64,000 bases of DNA. It comes from an uncultured Bacteroidia bacterium. Lineage in GTDB: Bacteria; Bacteroidota; Bacteroidia; Bacteroidales; F082. The position numbers and the translations under genes are program-made. Location: assembly GCA_902786745.1 (NCBI GenBank), contig CADADR010000007.1, positions 80,282 through 144,281 of the forward strand, written 5' to 3'. Shown piece by piece: positions 45,635 to 57,681 of the stretch (positions within the stretch are counted from its first letter, which is position 1; the number at the start of each line of letters is the position of its first letter). The notes under the pieces were generated by a model. The model was not told the origin of the DNA and did not search any database. It worked only from the letters and a program-made list of their open reading frames with translations.

Positions 45635-46037
45635 ATTCCTCCGTCATTTCCTTATTAAACGCCTCGGCGGCGGCGATGAGACTGTGGACTGCACGGGGAA
45701 TCAATTCCTCAACTTGTGGCGTGGCGTCGAGCACCTGCTCGAAGCACATCCATACCGAGGTCCCCTTGTCATGCTCATCCTCAAACTCATACAGAACGGC
45801 TTTCACCACCTTATAGTTCCAGTTGACGTTGTTGCAGGCCATGATGGCCTCGGCGAAGTTGTCGTCAGTCACATCGAACACACCTGGCAGGATGAGACGG
45901 AAAAACAACGGGTCGTCGGCATCCTCCCAAAGGAGGAAGTTCCAGCCTTCGTAGCTGAAATTCAGTCCCAGTTCGTTCTTTTTTGGAACGATACCTTGCG
46001 ACTTCAGATACCTTGACACCCAGGTCTTCGCGTTCAT
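45633..46037 (-). CDS. YbjN/type-III-chaperone-like small protein
   Basis: 134 aa. The pattern LNFSYEGWNFLLWEDADDPLFFRLILPGVF...ACNNVNWNYKVVKA resembles the YbjN family by eye. Starts 5 nt after the kinase-AAA stop. Confidence 0.55.
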   Translation of the reverse strand: MNAKTWVSRYLKSQGIVPKKNELGLNFSYEGWNFLLWEDADDPLFFRLILPGVFDVTDDNFAEAIMACNNVNWNYKVVKAVLYEFEDEHDKGTSVWMCFEQVLDATPQVEELIPRAVHSLIAAAEAFNKEMTEE

Positions 46038-46042
46038 TTCCT

Positions 46043-47785
46043 TCAGTTTTTGTTGAATCCGATGCGGGTCTTGGTGGAATAAGTCGGATTCTTGTATTTC
46101 AGCACATCGACAAGGATCTTCTGGGATATCGGGACGTTATTGTAGGCAGCCGTCATGGCGGCTTCGTTGACGGTCTCAGTGATGTCGCCAGCGTTGAAGT
46201 CATCCGACATACGGGCCAACTCGTCGAAATCAAGTTCTTCGCAGGGGCGATCCTTCAGATGGGCCATGAAGATATCCTTACGGGCCTCAAAGTCAGGCTG
46301 TGAGACGAAGAACACGCGGTCGATGCAGCCCACACGCATGATGACGGGGCTGATCAGGTCGGGACGGTTGGAAGTGGCCACGACGAGGATGCCTTTCTTG
46401 GAGCATTCGTTCATCATGCCGAACAGAGCCGAGGCCTGCGGGGTGATGGCGTTCTCCTTTTCCCCGGCATTGGGTGCGATGAACTCCAACTCATCGATAC
46501 AGATGACGAAAGGAGCCTTGATTTCGGCAGCGTCAAAGAGGCGTTGCAGGTTGTCGAGCACGCCTTCCTGATAGATGTGGCCCATCTCGGCGCCTTTGAT
46601 CAAGGAGTAGTGGAAACCAAGCTCCTCGGCAAAGCTCTGCAAGACGAGGCTCTTGCCGCATCCAGGAGGGCCATAGAGCAGGATGCCATTGATTGCCGGC
46701 AGTTTATATATCTCTGCTTTCTCGGGATTTTGCAAGGCAAACAGGACCTCCTTGCGCAGTTGTTCCTTGAGTTCGTCGCGACCCGTCACATTGTCGAAAC
46801 CACTTCCCGAGCCTTTCTTCACCGTGATGGTAGGTCCCAGATTGGGGTTTTCCTGCATGCCTTCTTCATCGGCTTTCTCGTTGTCTTCCATTAACTTGGC
46901 AAGCTCCGGCATCACCTGTTCTATCAGCGCCTGAGCAAAATCGGCGGCCGACACAAAGCGGTCGCTACGCTTCTTGGCTAGGGCCTTTTGCAGGATGGCT
47001 TTCATATAGTCGGGCAACTTCACCTGCTCCGTCTCCAAGACGAGGTCTTGTTTACGCGCTTTCTTCACGGCATCAGCAATTTTCTGCTTATCGCCATCGA
47101 GCGTACGCAGGTCGATCGACTCCCAAGGCGACTTGCCGAACAGCAGGAAATAAAGCAACGCACCCGTCGAGAAGATGTCGCTTTGCACGGTATAGACCGC
47201 GCGGAAGGTCTCAGGGGCACGGAAATAGGGCATCAGGTCCTCGTCAACGAAGGTAGGACGCCCCTTGACCATATAGGAGATATGTCCAAGGTCGATGATC
47301 GTAGGCATCAGCATACCGTCATCCAATTCTTGGAGCATAATGTTGGAGGGACGAATGTCGTTATGGATCAATGCTCTGGAATGGATAAACGAGAGGCCAC
47401 TCAACACACAGAGTGTGATTTGGACTGCGTCTTCGAGGTCGAAAGGACCGTCTTGCCTGACCGCCTCAAAGAGCGATATGCCGCGATAGTACTCGGTGAC
47501 CAGATAGTGGTAGACGTTATTGCCCTTGCGGATCTCGCCGTTGTCGACGTAACGGATGACATTCACGTCTTCGGTCGAGTTCAGTTCCTTGCAGAGCTGG
47601 ATCTCATAGACCTCCTTGCCTTCGAAAAGCTGTTCGTGCGGGATGCGTCCGAGGTCGAACACCTTCATGAAGTACATCATATCGTCGGGACCGAGCACCG
47701 TATACGACTCAGCCACAATGCCTTTCTTTATGAACGAGTTGACGACATACTTGCCAATCTTCTCTCCTTTTTTGAACATTTCCAT
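46043..47785 (-). CDS. Hanks-type Ser/Thr protein kinase fused to a classical AAA+ ATPase domain
   Basis: Kinase features: K41 (YFMKV), catalytic loop HNDIRPSN (141-148), DLG (165-167), APE (190-192) and SDIFSTGALLYFLLFG. AAA+ features: FDNVTGRDELK, Walker A GPPGCGKS (372-379), Walker B VICIDE (427-432) and TSNRPDLISPVIMRVGCIDR. Confidence 0.85.
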   Translation of the reverse strand: MEMFKKGEKIGKYVVNSFIKKGIVAESYTVLGPDDMMYFMKVFDLGRIPHEQLFEGKEVYEIQLCKELNSTEDVNVIRYVDNGEIRKGNNVYHYLVTEYYRGISLFEAVRQDGPFDLEDAVQITLCVLSGLSFIHSRALIHNDIRPSNIMLQELDDGMLMPTIIDLGHISYMVKGRPTFVDEDLMPYFRAPETFRAVYTVQSDIFSTGALLYFLLFGKSPWESIDLRTLDGDKQKIADAVKKARKQDLVLETEQVKLPDYMKAILQKALAKKRSDRFVSAADFAQALIEQVMPELAKLMEDNEKADEEGMQENPNLGPTITVKKGSGSGFDNVTGRDELKEQLRKEVLFALQNPEKAEIYKLPAINGILLYGPPGCGKSLVLQSFAEELGFHYSLIKGAEMGHIYQEGVLDNLQRLFDAAEIKAPFVICIDELEFIAPNAGEKENAITPQASALFGMMNECSKKGILVVATSNRPDLISPVIMRVGCIDRVFFVSQPDFEARKDIFMAHLKDRPCEELDFDELARMSDDFNAGDITETVNEAAMTAAYNNVPISQKILVDVLKYKNPTYSTKTRIGFNKN

Positions 47786-47852
47786 ACACTATATTTTTGT
47801 GCAAAGTTCAAGATTAAATTTGACTTGTGCAAGAGGGAGCCCTCTTTTTTCC

Positions 47853-47881
47853 ATAAAAAAAGGCCGCATGTAGCGGCCTTT
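47853..47881 (-). terminator. gyrB terminator
   Basis: Stem aaggccgc/gcggcctt with a T-run on the minus strand. Confidence 0.8.
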
Positions 47882-47904
47882 CTATATCGTCGTACGTCTG
47901 ACAA

Positions 47905-49905
<2,001 letters not shown>

Positions 49906-49914
49906 TTAAAGGTG

Positions 49915-49922
49915 CAAAGATA
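49915..49922 (-). promoter_or_regulatory. -7 box (rc TATCTTTG) for gyrB
   Basis: TAnnTTTG match upstream of gyrB. Confidence 0.5.
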
Positions 49923-50041
49923 CGCTTTTTTTCGGCACAATGCACAAAAAAGTTGAAAAATTTGTTTTTGGCGCAAAATGGCTCTATGAGGCTAAAAATA
50001 GGCAATTTTTTGAAACACCTTATTATCTCGCGTACGCGGGA

Positions 50042-50076
50042 AAGAAAAAGCCCCATCCGCAGGAAGGGGCTTTTTA
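50042..50076. terminator. bidirectional hairpin terminator after the OMP gene
   Basis: A-run, stem agcccc/ggggct, T-run. Confidence 0.7.
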
Positions 50077-50093
50077 AGGCGTTTAAGGCACTT

Positions 50094-51848
50094 TCAGAAT
50101 TTCAACTTCACGCCGGCAAAGAGTTGGATGCCAGTAACAGGATAATTGTAGTAAAGCTGGTATTTTTGGTGCGCCAAATTATCAATCAACGCAAAGGCCG
50201 TGATTTGGTCATTCACCTTATAGTCGGCACCGAGACTGAGGTCGAAAACATTCTTAAGTTTTTCAGCGTAAAACCGAGGGGGATACTTCCAGTAAGGACC
50301 ATCATCCGAGACCTTGGCATAACGTCCACCTTGATAAAGCAAAGTGGTGTTAAACGCCAGCTTGTCGTTGTAATCGTAGGTCACTTTCAGTTTGGCTTCC
50401 GTCGTGGGACGATACCAGGCGTATTCCTGAATGGCAGGCGAACAGCTATGATAGGCCAGGCCAAGGTCGGCCGTGAGGCTGTTGCGCATCTTGACGCGGG
50501 CATCGGCCAAGACAGACACGGTCTTCGTTTCGTCATAAACGATCCCGTAAGTGTTATACAGTCGTGGGTATGAATAGTCGTCATGGAAAAGGTCTGACAA
50601 TTGGCCGGGACCGATATCGTCCATCACAAAAAAGGCATCATTGTCGACATGGCGATAGCGCACGCCCACGTGCAAATCAACGATTTCGGCAATGTTGGTG
50701 CGGACACCACCCTCGAAACAGAGTTTTTCGTTTCTCACCACATGAACTTCATCATGTGAAGTGATGAAGACGAAGGGGTTGTCCTCGACGATTTCGCTGA
50801 ACCGCATCAACTTGCGACCACCCTTTAGACCAGCGTAGAACTCCAGTTTCTTGTCCAAGACAAACAAGCTACCGCTAAGATCGGGACGTAGGGCAAAGTG
50901 TCTATCTTCCAACTCTTCGCCAGCGACGACATCCATCCACAGACCCAGATGCATGCGGTAGAAATCGTCTTTCATCTCAAAAAACGGATTGACTTTGAAG
51001 AAGATACGATTTTCAACATAGCCTGCCGGGGCATAACCATCGTATTGGAAGCTCACATTCACGCCAACCTTTTGAGGGCGCTCCTTAGGGCCCCACCACA
51101 TATCGGTATAACCGAGACCATAGTCCAAGCCCAAGAAGTGTTCCTTTGAGCTGAATGCATCGAAAGTGTATTGGTAATCCATGCTACCCGAATGGCTCAG
51201 TTCACCAGCACGCGTCGAAGTGGGTGCCAATCCGACATGTCCACCGATGCTATTGTAGGCCTGACGCGGGCAGTACTTTTCGATCTGTTCATCCGTCAAA
51301 GGCGTTTCAGTAAGGTTGACACCATAATAATGGTACACATCGTTTTTGTAAAACACGCCTCCGTCGACCTGGAAGCCGTCAAACTGACTCGTCGTAAGGT
51401 TGACCTCGAAGGCATTGTTCATATAGCCCGACGGTGCATAGTCCTTGATATTGAGCCACGAAGAGTGATGCTTGACGCCCACACCAAGGCCAAGTTGTTT
51501 GGTCAGCATGGAGTTATGCTTATAGAGGAAAATCGGCGAGAGCCGCGTTCCTATGCCTGCCATCACGAAGTTCTCCGTCGGGGTGACGAGTTTATCGTTT
51601 TTCGCCGCGAAAGCGGTTGGGGCTATCTTCTCGAGATCGAGGGCGAACTTCTGCGTTGCGTCCTTGGGCGTCACCTCCGAACTGGGAAATCTGTAAGAAG
51701 GCTGGGGCGTCTCAGGTTGCAGCTGCAGCTTATTGACCTTATTGACCTTAGGCCTGAACTTGCCTTCCACCGTGACTTGTTCGTCATGCTGTCCGAAAGC
51801 GGTGACGGCCATAATGGCCAGGATGATTATAGTGACAATTCTTTTCAT
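50094..51848 (-). CDS. outer-membrane beta-barrel protein, function unknown
   Basis: Signal peptide MKRIVTIIILAIMAVTAFGQ, alternating beta pattern and C-terminal ...GVKLKF. Lies 3 nt downstream of the TPR gene. Confidence 0.6.
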   Translation of the reverse strand: MKRIVTIIILAIMAVTAFGQHDEQVTVEGKFRPKVNKVNKLQLQPETPQPSYRFPSSEVTPKDATQKFALDLEKIAPTAFAAKNDKLVTPTENFVMAGIGTRLSPIFLYKHNSMLTKQLGLGVGVKHHSSWLNIKDYAPSGYMNNAFEVNLTTSQFDGFQVDGGVFYKNDVYHYYGVNLTETPLTDEQIEKYCPRQAYNSIGGHVGLAPTSTRAGELSHSGSMDYQYTFDAFSSKEHFLGLDYGLGYTDMWWGPKERPQKVGVNVSFQYDGYAPAGYVENRIFFKVNPFFEMKDDFYRMHLGLWMDVVAGEELEDRHFALRPDLSGSLFVLDKKLEFYAGLKGGRKLMRFSEIVEDNPFVFITSHDEVHVVRNEKLCFEGGVRTNIAEIVDLHVGVRYRHVDNDAFFVMDDIGPGQLSDLFHDDYSYPRLYNTYGIVYDETKTVSVLADARVKMRNSLTADLGLAYHSCSPAIQEYAWYRPTTEAKLKVTYDYNDKLAFNTTLLYQGGRYAKVSDDGPYWKYPPRFYAEKLKNVFDLSLGADYKVNDQITAFALIDNLAHQKYQLYYNYPVTGIQLFAGVKLKF

Positions 51849-51851
51849 GAC

Positions 51852-54800
51852 TTATTCCATTTCTAAAGGTTCGATGCCATTGCTGCTGCTCACCTTGGGC
51901 TCTTTACCCTCCACCTCGGCGAGTTTGGCACGGGCTTCCTGTTTCAGGTCGCTGCCTTTGTAGTTGTCGATAACGCTACGGAGTGTCTCCTTGGCCTGGA
52001 AGTAATTCTCCTTGGCCACATACACATCGGCGAGCGCGATGAACGATTTGGCGACCCAGTAATCGTATTTCGAGAAGTTATCCGAGATATCGAAGACCTT
52101 GTTCTCGGCCTCGTCATATTGTTTCAGTTTGATGGAAGCCAAGGCGGAGTAATAGGCACTCTCGGCGCCATACACCGACTTGTCGTTGCGGGCGCTCTTG
52201 TCAAGTTTTTCGATGGCGGCATTGTAGTTGCCCTTCTCGAAATACGACTTACCCATGATGTGGTTGATCTGGTTGACCTGGTCTTCGGTCAAGTCGCGCG
52301 ACTGGCGAAGGCTCTCCCCCATTTCGATGGCCTTGTCGTATTTGCCTTGGAAGAAGTTGCTCTTCATGCTGCCTTCGAGAGCCTCAAGACGCTTGAGTGG
52401 CTCTTCGGTGATGCGCGACAGTCGCTCGTAGTATTCACCCGCCTTGCCATAGTTGCTCTTCTCATACTCGATACGTGCCATCTTCAGCAGGGCGTTATCG
52501 GTGTAGTCGTTGTCGGGTTGCGACAATATATAATTAAGGTGCGTGACCACCTGGTCTTGCGTCCCAACCCTTTCGGCGCATTCAAGGCCGTAGTAGTGGG
52601 CTTTCAGCAGATAGGCGCCCCGTTTGAAGTTATCGAAGTAATACTGCAGAGCCGTCTGTGCCTTCTGGTATTGACCATCGAGATAGAAGCCTTCCGCATT
52701 GGCGAATGCCAAGGAATCCTGTTGCGTCACCTTCACCTGGCCGCCGTTGGCGTTGACGTAGCCGAAATACTCGTCCAAGTTGTTCTGCTCCATATAGATG
52801 CTGCGGATGATGCTCAAGGCTTCGCGCGACTCGTCAGTATTGGGATAGGAAGCCACCAGATTCTTCAAGTTGGTCAGGGCTTGGTCGTACTGGTTGTTGT
52901 TGTAATAGATCATGCCCACCTTCATCATCGCTTGACGTGTGTAGCTCGAACGAGGCCTGTCTTTGATCAAGCGGTTGAAGTTGGCTATGGCCGAACGCTT
53001 GTCGCCATGCACGAGATAGGTGTTGCCGATCTCAAACAAAGCCTGTTCATAATATGGCGTGCTCGGATAGGTCTGTATCAAGTCGTTCAGCATATTGATT
53101 TTCTGGTTCACCTTGCCCTTGGCGCCATAGCAAAGTCCCTGTTGGAAGAGCGCATAATCCGAATTGCGCTTCCCGACGCGGGTGGCCAAATCATAATAGT
53201 TGATGGCGTTGTCATAGTTACGTTCCATGAACTGGCAGTCGCCCAAACGGATGTAGGCGTCGTTCTTGAGGTCGTTTTGGTCCTCGCTAGCCAAACGGAT
53301 GAAACTCCTGAAGCGTTCCGTCGCTGCGTCATAGTCGGGTTTCTGATAGTAGATATAGCCCAAATCGTAGTCGGCGAGGCTGTATTCAGGTAGCCCTGCG
53401 GCGGCATCCATCTCCTTGAACTGTTTCAGGTACTTCCCCGCCTTGTTGAAGTCACCCAGCTGATAGGCCGACTCACCCAGCCAGAAACAGGCCTGTGCCT
53501 TGTTGGCAGCCGACTGCTTGCCATTCATGATCTTGGAGAAATACACTTGTGCCTTGTCGTAGCTTCCCTTCTGGTAGTTGTCGATGCCGGTAGCATACAA
53601 GAGCTCGTCGTAGACCGTCTGCAACGCCGAGCTTTTCTTTCGCATCGCTTCAAGACGGCTCAAGGCCTCGTCATTCTCTTTGGCATTGAGCAGCAGGTAG
53701 ATGGCCATCTCCTCAGCCTCGGCCTTCCTCGGCGAGCGGGGATATTCGGCGATAAAGCTATCCAGCAGGCCCACGGCCTCGTTGAAGGGGTCGGCACCTG
53801 GGATGAGACTCAGCCTTGCATAGTCGAACAGGGCCTCATTGCTGAGTTCCTTGTCGAATCCAGCGGAATAAGCGGTATAGAATGCACTTCTCGCGTATTT
53901 GAGCTCGTCGGTCTTGGCATAACATGAGGCCAGATAATACGAGGCATATTGGGCAAGGATGTCGTTGCTTCCAGCCACTTTCTGCAGGTCGGAGATGGCA
54001 CCCTTGTAGTCGCCCTTCATCATCTTGCTGACGCCCATCTGATAGTAGGCCTCACGCGAGATGCCTCGGGTCAAGTTCTTCGTATAGATTTGGTAATACT
54101 CCAAAGCGTTGTCGTAGTCCTTTTGCTGGAAATAGGCATCAGCGACAATTTGAGCCATTTCCGACTTACGTTTCTTGTCGGCTTGTTGGATATAACCCGG
54201 TCCTTCTTCGATCACCGCCTTATAATCCCCCTTGAGGTAGGCTATCTGCATAATATAGGAAGGCACCACCTTGGCATAGTCGGGATGGACGCGCAGACGG
54301 CGGAAGTTATCTAGCGCCTCATTGTATTTCTCTTTAACGTATTGGATATGTGCATAGTAATAACGGGCATTATCCTTGTATTTGCCCTCATTCATCATCA
54401 AGCCATGAAAGAGCGGCATGGCTTTATCCAGGTCGCCAGTCTGGAAATAGGCATAGCCCATATTGAACTGCAGCTGCTGCGCCTCATCGGTGGTGAGGGA
54501 GAAAGCATCCGTTTTCTCGTAAATAACTAGGGCATCCTTGTATTTCTTGTTTTGGAACAGGTTGTTGGCATACAAGAAATTGGCATGACGCGCCCAAGTG
54601 CTACCTGGGTTGTCGTTCACGAACTTGATGATTTTGGCCGGACCGTCGGCCTGACCGAGATAGAGGGAGCTGACGGCTTCATAGTATTGTGCGTCGACAC
54701 AGCGTTGCGACTTGGCATCGGTGGCTTGAGCACGATATTGGGTAAAAGCGGAAAGCGCGGCGCCATATTCTTGGTTTTTAAACAGCAGGACTCCTTCGTT

Positions 54801-54908
54801 GAAGAGGGCCTCAGGGTCATAGGCTTCGATATGCTTTTGCGCTGATATAGAATTTGTTACAAAAAACAAAGCACCTAATATCAAGCAAAATCTTAGTCGC
54901 GATCTCAT
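51852..54908 (-). CDS. large tetratricopeptide-repeat protein (1018 aa, secreted/periplasmic)
   Basis: Signal peptide followed by many TPR-like A/Y/L-periodic helices (for example YYQMGVSKMMKGDYKGAISDLQKV). Confidence 0.75.
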   Translation of the reverse strand: MRSRLRFCLILGALFFVTNSISAQKHIEAYDPEALFNEGVLLFKNQEYGAALSAFTQYRAQATDAKSQRCVDAQYYEAVSSLYLGQADGPAKIIKFVNDNPGSTWARHANFLYANNLFQNKKYKDALVIYEKTDAFSLTTDEAQQLQFNMGYAYFQTGDLDKAMPLFHGLMMNEGKYKDNARYYYAHIQYVKEKYNEALDNFRRLRVHPDYAKVVPSYIMQIAYLKGDYKAVIEEGPGYIQQADKKRKSEMAQIVADAYFQQKDYDNALEYYQIYTKNLTRGISREAYYQMGVSKMMKGDYKGAISDLQKVAGSNDILAQYASYYLASCYAKTDELKYARSAFYTAYSAGFDKELSNEALFDYARLSLIPGADPFNEAVGLLDSFIAEYPRSPRKAEAEEMAIYLLLNAKENDEALSRLEAMRKKSSALQTVYDELLYATGIDNYQKGSYDKAQVYFSKIMNGKQSAANKAQACFWLGESAYQLGDFNKAGKYLKQFKEMDAAAGLPEYSLADYDLGYIYYQKPDYDAATERFRSFIRLASEDQNDLKNDAYIRLGDCQFMERNYDNAINYYDLATRVGKRNSDYALFQQGLCYGAKGKVNQKINMLNDLIQTYPSTPYYEQALFEIGNTYLVHGDKRSAIANFNRLIKDRPRSSYTRQAMMKVGMIYYNNNQYDQALTNLKNLVASYPNTDESREALSIIRSIYMEQNNLDEYFGYVNANGGQVKVTQQDSLAFANAEGFYLDGQYQKAQTALQYYFDNFKRGAYLLKAHYYGLECAERVGTQDQVVTHLNYILSQPDNDYTDNALLKMARIEYEKSNYGKAGEYYERLSRITEEPLKRLEALEGSMKSNFFQGKYDKAIEMGESLRQSRDLTEDQVNQINHIMGKSYFEKGNYNAAIEKLDKSARNDKSVYGAESAYYSALASIKLKQYDEAENKVFDISDNFSKYDYWVAKSFIALADVYVAKENYFQAKETLRSVIDNYKGSDLKQEARAKLAEVEGKEPKVSSSNGIEPLEME

Positions 54909-55123
54909 AGGTCAAAATTTTTGACGAAAGTACAAAATTCTCTCTTACGTTCTGCAGAAAAGTTCAAAATTCATGCCGAACGACGATAAGAAAACGGAAT
55001 TAGAAGCTTTTTATTATTGTTTTTTGGCCGTTGACGCGCAAAAACAACATTTTTGCAGCCAAGCTACGACGGGACACCTGATACCATCTATATGATGCTT
55101 TTTGTGTAGGGGCACCGAAATAG

Positions 55124-55960
55124 TTAAACACACAATTCACCTTTTGCCACAATCGCCGCAGTACCACCTACATAGATGGTCCCATCCTTTCGGATCTGTG
55201 TGGCCACCACCGAAGGTCTTCCCATGGCCTCGCCTTGCATGAAAGCGCATTCCGCTTCTGCACCAAGACATCCGTTATGCTGCAGATAGAAGGTCAAGGC
55301 AGCGTTGGCCGTGCCAGTGGCCGACTCTTCAGGCACGCCGTACAAAGGCCCGAAGTCGCGGACACGGGCCGTGTATTCATCGTTGGCGAAGGCAAAGACG
55401 TGGAAACTGACGGCATCGTATTTCTTCGTTATGGCAGCGATGGCCTCCATGTCGGGATTCAAAGCCTGCAAAGTATTCACATCGGGCAAGGGAATCATCA
55501 AGTCGGGAAGGCCAGAATAGGCGATTTGCACGGGCAAAGATGGTTGGTAATCACTGACACCCAATGCCTTATAGATCTCATCCGTCTCTTCGATGGTAGC
55601 CACAATGCACGGCATGGCCATCTGCATCATCACCCTCTCCCCTGCTTCTATACGCAAATTACCGGCAAGCGTGTGGCAAAGGCAAGTCCCCGAAGCCAAC
55701 CCTTCATGGTGCAGCAAATAGAATGAGGCTATGGTGGCATGGCCACACAGCTCCACCTCGGCTTTGGGCGTGAAATACCGGATAGTATACTCCTTATCGG
55801 AGTGTCGCCTGATGAAAGCCGTCTCCGAATAGCGCAACTCGGCAGCAATTTGCAGCATCAACTTTTCTTCGGGGAACTGGCCAGAGTCAAGCAGCACCAC
55901 ACCCGCAGGATTGCCGCCAAAAGGCTGGTCGGTAAAGGCATCAAGGATATAGTATGTCAT
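55124..55960 (-). CDS. PhzF-family isomerase
   Basis: MTYYILDAFTDQPFGGNPAGVV...ETAF...CGHATIA are PhzF motifs. Confidence 0.85.
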   Translation of the reverse strand: MTYYILDAFTDQPFGGNPAGVVLLDSGQFPEEKLMLQIAAELRYSETAFIRRHSDKEYTIRYFTPKAEVELCGHATIASFYLLHHEGLASGTCLCHTLAGNLRIEAGERVMMQMAMPCIVATIEETDEIYKALGVSDYQPSLPVQIAYSGLPDLMIPLPDVNTLQALNPDMEAIAAITKKYDAVSFHVFAFANDEYTARVRDFGPLYGVPEESATGTANAALTFYLQHNGCLGAEAECAFMQGEAMGRPSVVATQIRKDGTIYVGGTAAIVAKGELCV

Positions 55961-55978
55961 TATTTTATTCTATTTGTA

Positions 55979-57229
55979 CTATGGCTCATCTGTTTTGTTT
56001 TGCCTAACCACTATTGAAGCATCTTTTTGTACTGGTTTGCAACAGCTTTCATACAATTCTTGATTCTCCACGCGGAACGACTTGCTATCAAAAATGGTAC
56101 AATAGCTTCTGTATAGTTTTTCATCTTTCTCTCGGAGAAGATCGCTGTCAAATTTCAAAACAGTCTTTGGAGGAGAATAAGTAATAGTGAACCTAGTTGA
56201 CTTCATCTTCTCTTCACCATGGATTTCCATTTGTTGAAGCAGCTCTTTTCGCAATGCTCCAATTTGGTTCTCTGTCTCTTTCTTGAGGTCAATCAAACGA
56301 GCCAATTCATGGTCATAGTAATCAAACCAATTACATGATGAGTCTTCGACAAGTAGTTTTTTCAACCGAGCACGGATCGATCCTTCATTCCGCTGAAATC
56401 GAGTCATGATTTCAATAAGCGAAGCACCCTGTCTATGCATCTCCATCAATAAACTATCATCCTCTTGACTCCATTTAGCATAGGCATTCGGATGAAGTTG
56501 TTTCTGCCGATCTATATATGAAAGCTCCTTGTCAGAAGAAGAAATTTCTTTCTTTTCCAATTCTATTTTTGGAGGCAAAAACACACCAGCAACCAGTTTG
56601 AAATGAAAACCTTCGAATTCCAACCCCAATGAGAGTGTAAGGTAAACTCCTTTTAAGTTCGTGTATCTTTCGGGATTCTTCTTAAAAGCATCCAAAAAAT
56701 AAGGGTCCGTAATAGGGAAGTCATATTTTGAGCCATAATAAGTAAACTTCATCCGATACTTAGACTTTTCCCTTTCTTCGTCAATGTAGGCACTAGCTAT
56801 TTCAGGGCGTATGAGCATCAATGAATAGTTGAGCCGATCTATCATCTTTGCTGGGATGGCTTTCCCTCGAAAATAAAATACCGCTTGGTGAACAGGGTCA
56901 ATGAGTTGGCTCATGAAATCGTCTTTGAACTCATTGTCATTGGGACAGCATTCCATGCGCGAACAATGCACATCCTCGGTGTGAGCCTTATGAGGGCAAG
57001 GTACCACGTCAGTAAGTCTTACCAAAGAAAGCAATTTGACATCTTGCGCCAATTGCATTGGGATTTCTCCGTTTTCAGCCATCGAAACCGGGCGAATCCA
57101 ACAAGGGCGGCCGTCATCATGGCGAACAATATCCATACGACCGTCTGGCCTTGGCGAGACCTCAATGCCTGCGATGCAACGTCCACCATGTTTGTATGAA
57201 TTTGCCAAACAAATGAAATACTTATCCAT
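55979..57229 (-). CDS. multidomain hypothetical protein: Cys/His-rich N-terminal domain, Myb/HTH-like segment, coiled coil, duplicated FDSx9LYxSxC C-terminal motif
   Basis: ORF 55979..57238 begins at a TTG. ATG 57229 (MDKYFICLANSYKHGGRCIAG) lies 5 nt after the upstream stop. AT-rich. Confidence 0.7.
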   Translation of the reverse strand: MDKYFICLANSYKHGGRCIAGIEVSPRPDGRMDIVRHDDGRPCWIRPVSMAENGEIPMQLAQDVKLLSLVRLTDVVPCPHKAHTEDVHCSRMECCPNDNEFKDDFMSQLIDPVHQAVFYFRGKAIPAKMIDRLNYSLMLIRPEIASAYIDEEREKSKYRMKFTYYGSKYDFPITDPYFLDAFKKNPERYTNLKGVYLTLSLGLEFEGFHFKLVAGVFLPPKIELEKKEISSSDKELSYIDRQKQLHPNAYAKWSQEDDSLLMEMHRQGASLIEIMTRFQRNEGSIRARLKKLLVEDSSCNWFDYYDHELARLIDLKKETENQIGALRKELLQQMEIHGEEKMKSTRFTITYSPPKTVLKFDSDLLREKDEKLYRSYCTIFDSKSFRVENQELYESCCKPVQKDASIVVRQNKTDEP

Positions 57230-57234
57230 AATGC

Positions 57235-57678
57235 TCAAATGAGGTGAACAATCGTGACCTTTTCTTTACTATGCGTTTGCAGATATTCGGCCAATAGCCT
57301 GCGATGGCATTGCTCAGGTGTGTCTTCGCTACACAGGAAGCACGAGCCATCAAAAGCTTTTACACCGTATTTACGAATTATATCTCTGGCTTTCAGTAAG
57401 TTCGTATAAATATCTACATATTCTTCCCAGGTTACTTCCTCTTTGTGCCACCTGTCAAGCAACTCTTTTGTCGGTGCAAAATCGTCAATATGCTGATATG
57501 GAATATGGCAAATCTCGTTGACGAAAAACTCCAAGTCTTTTCCTTTGGCAAAACCAGCCAACTGACTACTGTTATTGATGCGAACATCCACCAATTGCTT
57601 CACGTGATTGTCGCGCAGCAAATTAAAAAAGTGTTCGGCACTTTTTTTCGTAAAGCCGATAGTAAAAAGAGTAATCAT
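57235..57678 (-). CDS. DUF488-family protein (short paralogue, 147 aa)
   Basis: LFTIGFT...LVDVR...LCSEDTPEQCHRRLL is the DUF488 signature. Confidence 0.8.
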   Translation of the reverse strand: MITLFTIGFTKKSAEHFFNLLRDNHVKQLVDVRINNSSQLAGFAKGKDLEFFVNEICHIPYQHIDDFAPTKELLDRWHKEEVTWEEYVDIYTNLLKARDIIRKYGVKAFDGSCFLCSEDTPEQCHRRLLAEYLQTHSKEKVTIVHLI

Positions 57679-57681
57679 AAG

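Noticed and set aside
47832-47850. A plus-strand hairpin plus T-run (agagg-gagc-cctct tttttt) in the kinase-gene upstream region with no plus-strand gene to terminate.
   Set aside because: The stem is only 5 bp with a tight loop. It lies next to the strong gyrB terminator and is probably incidental, or part of the insulation between gyrB and the kinase promoter. The evidence is insufficient for a feature call.
54911-54927. The palindrome GTCAAAA-T-TTTTGAC immediately upstream of the TPR gene start.
   Set aside because: It is a short AT-rich palindrome in an AT-rich leader. Similar sequences arise by chance in such regions, and there is no second copy or partner regulator in the window.
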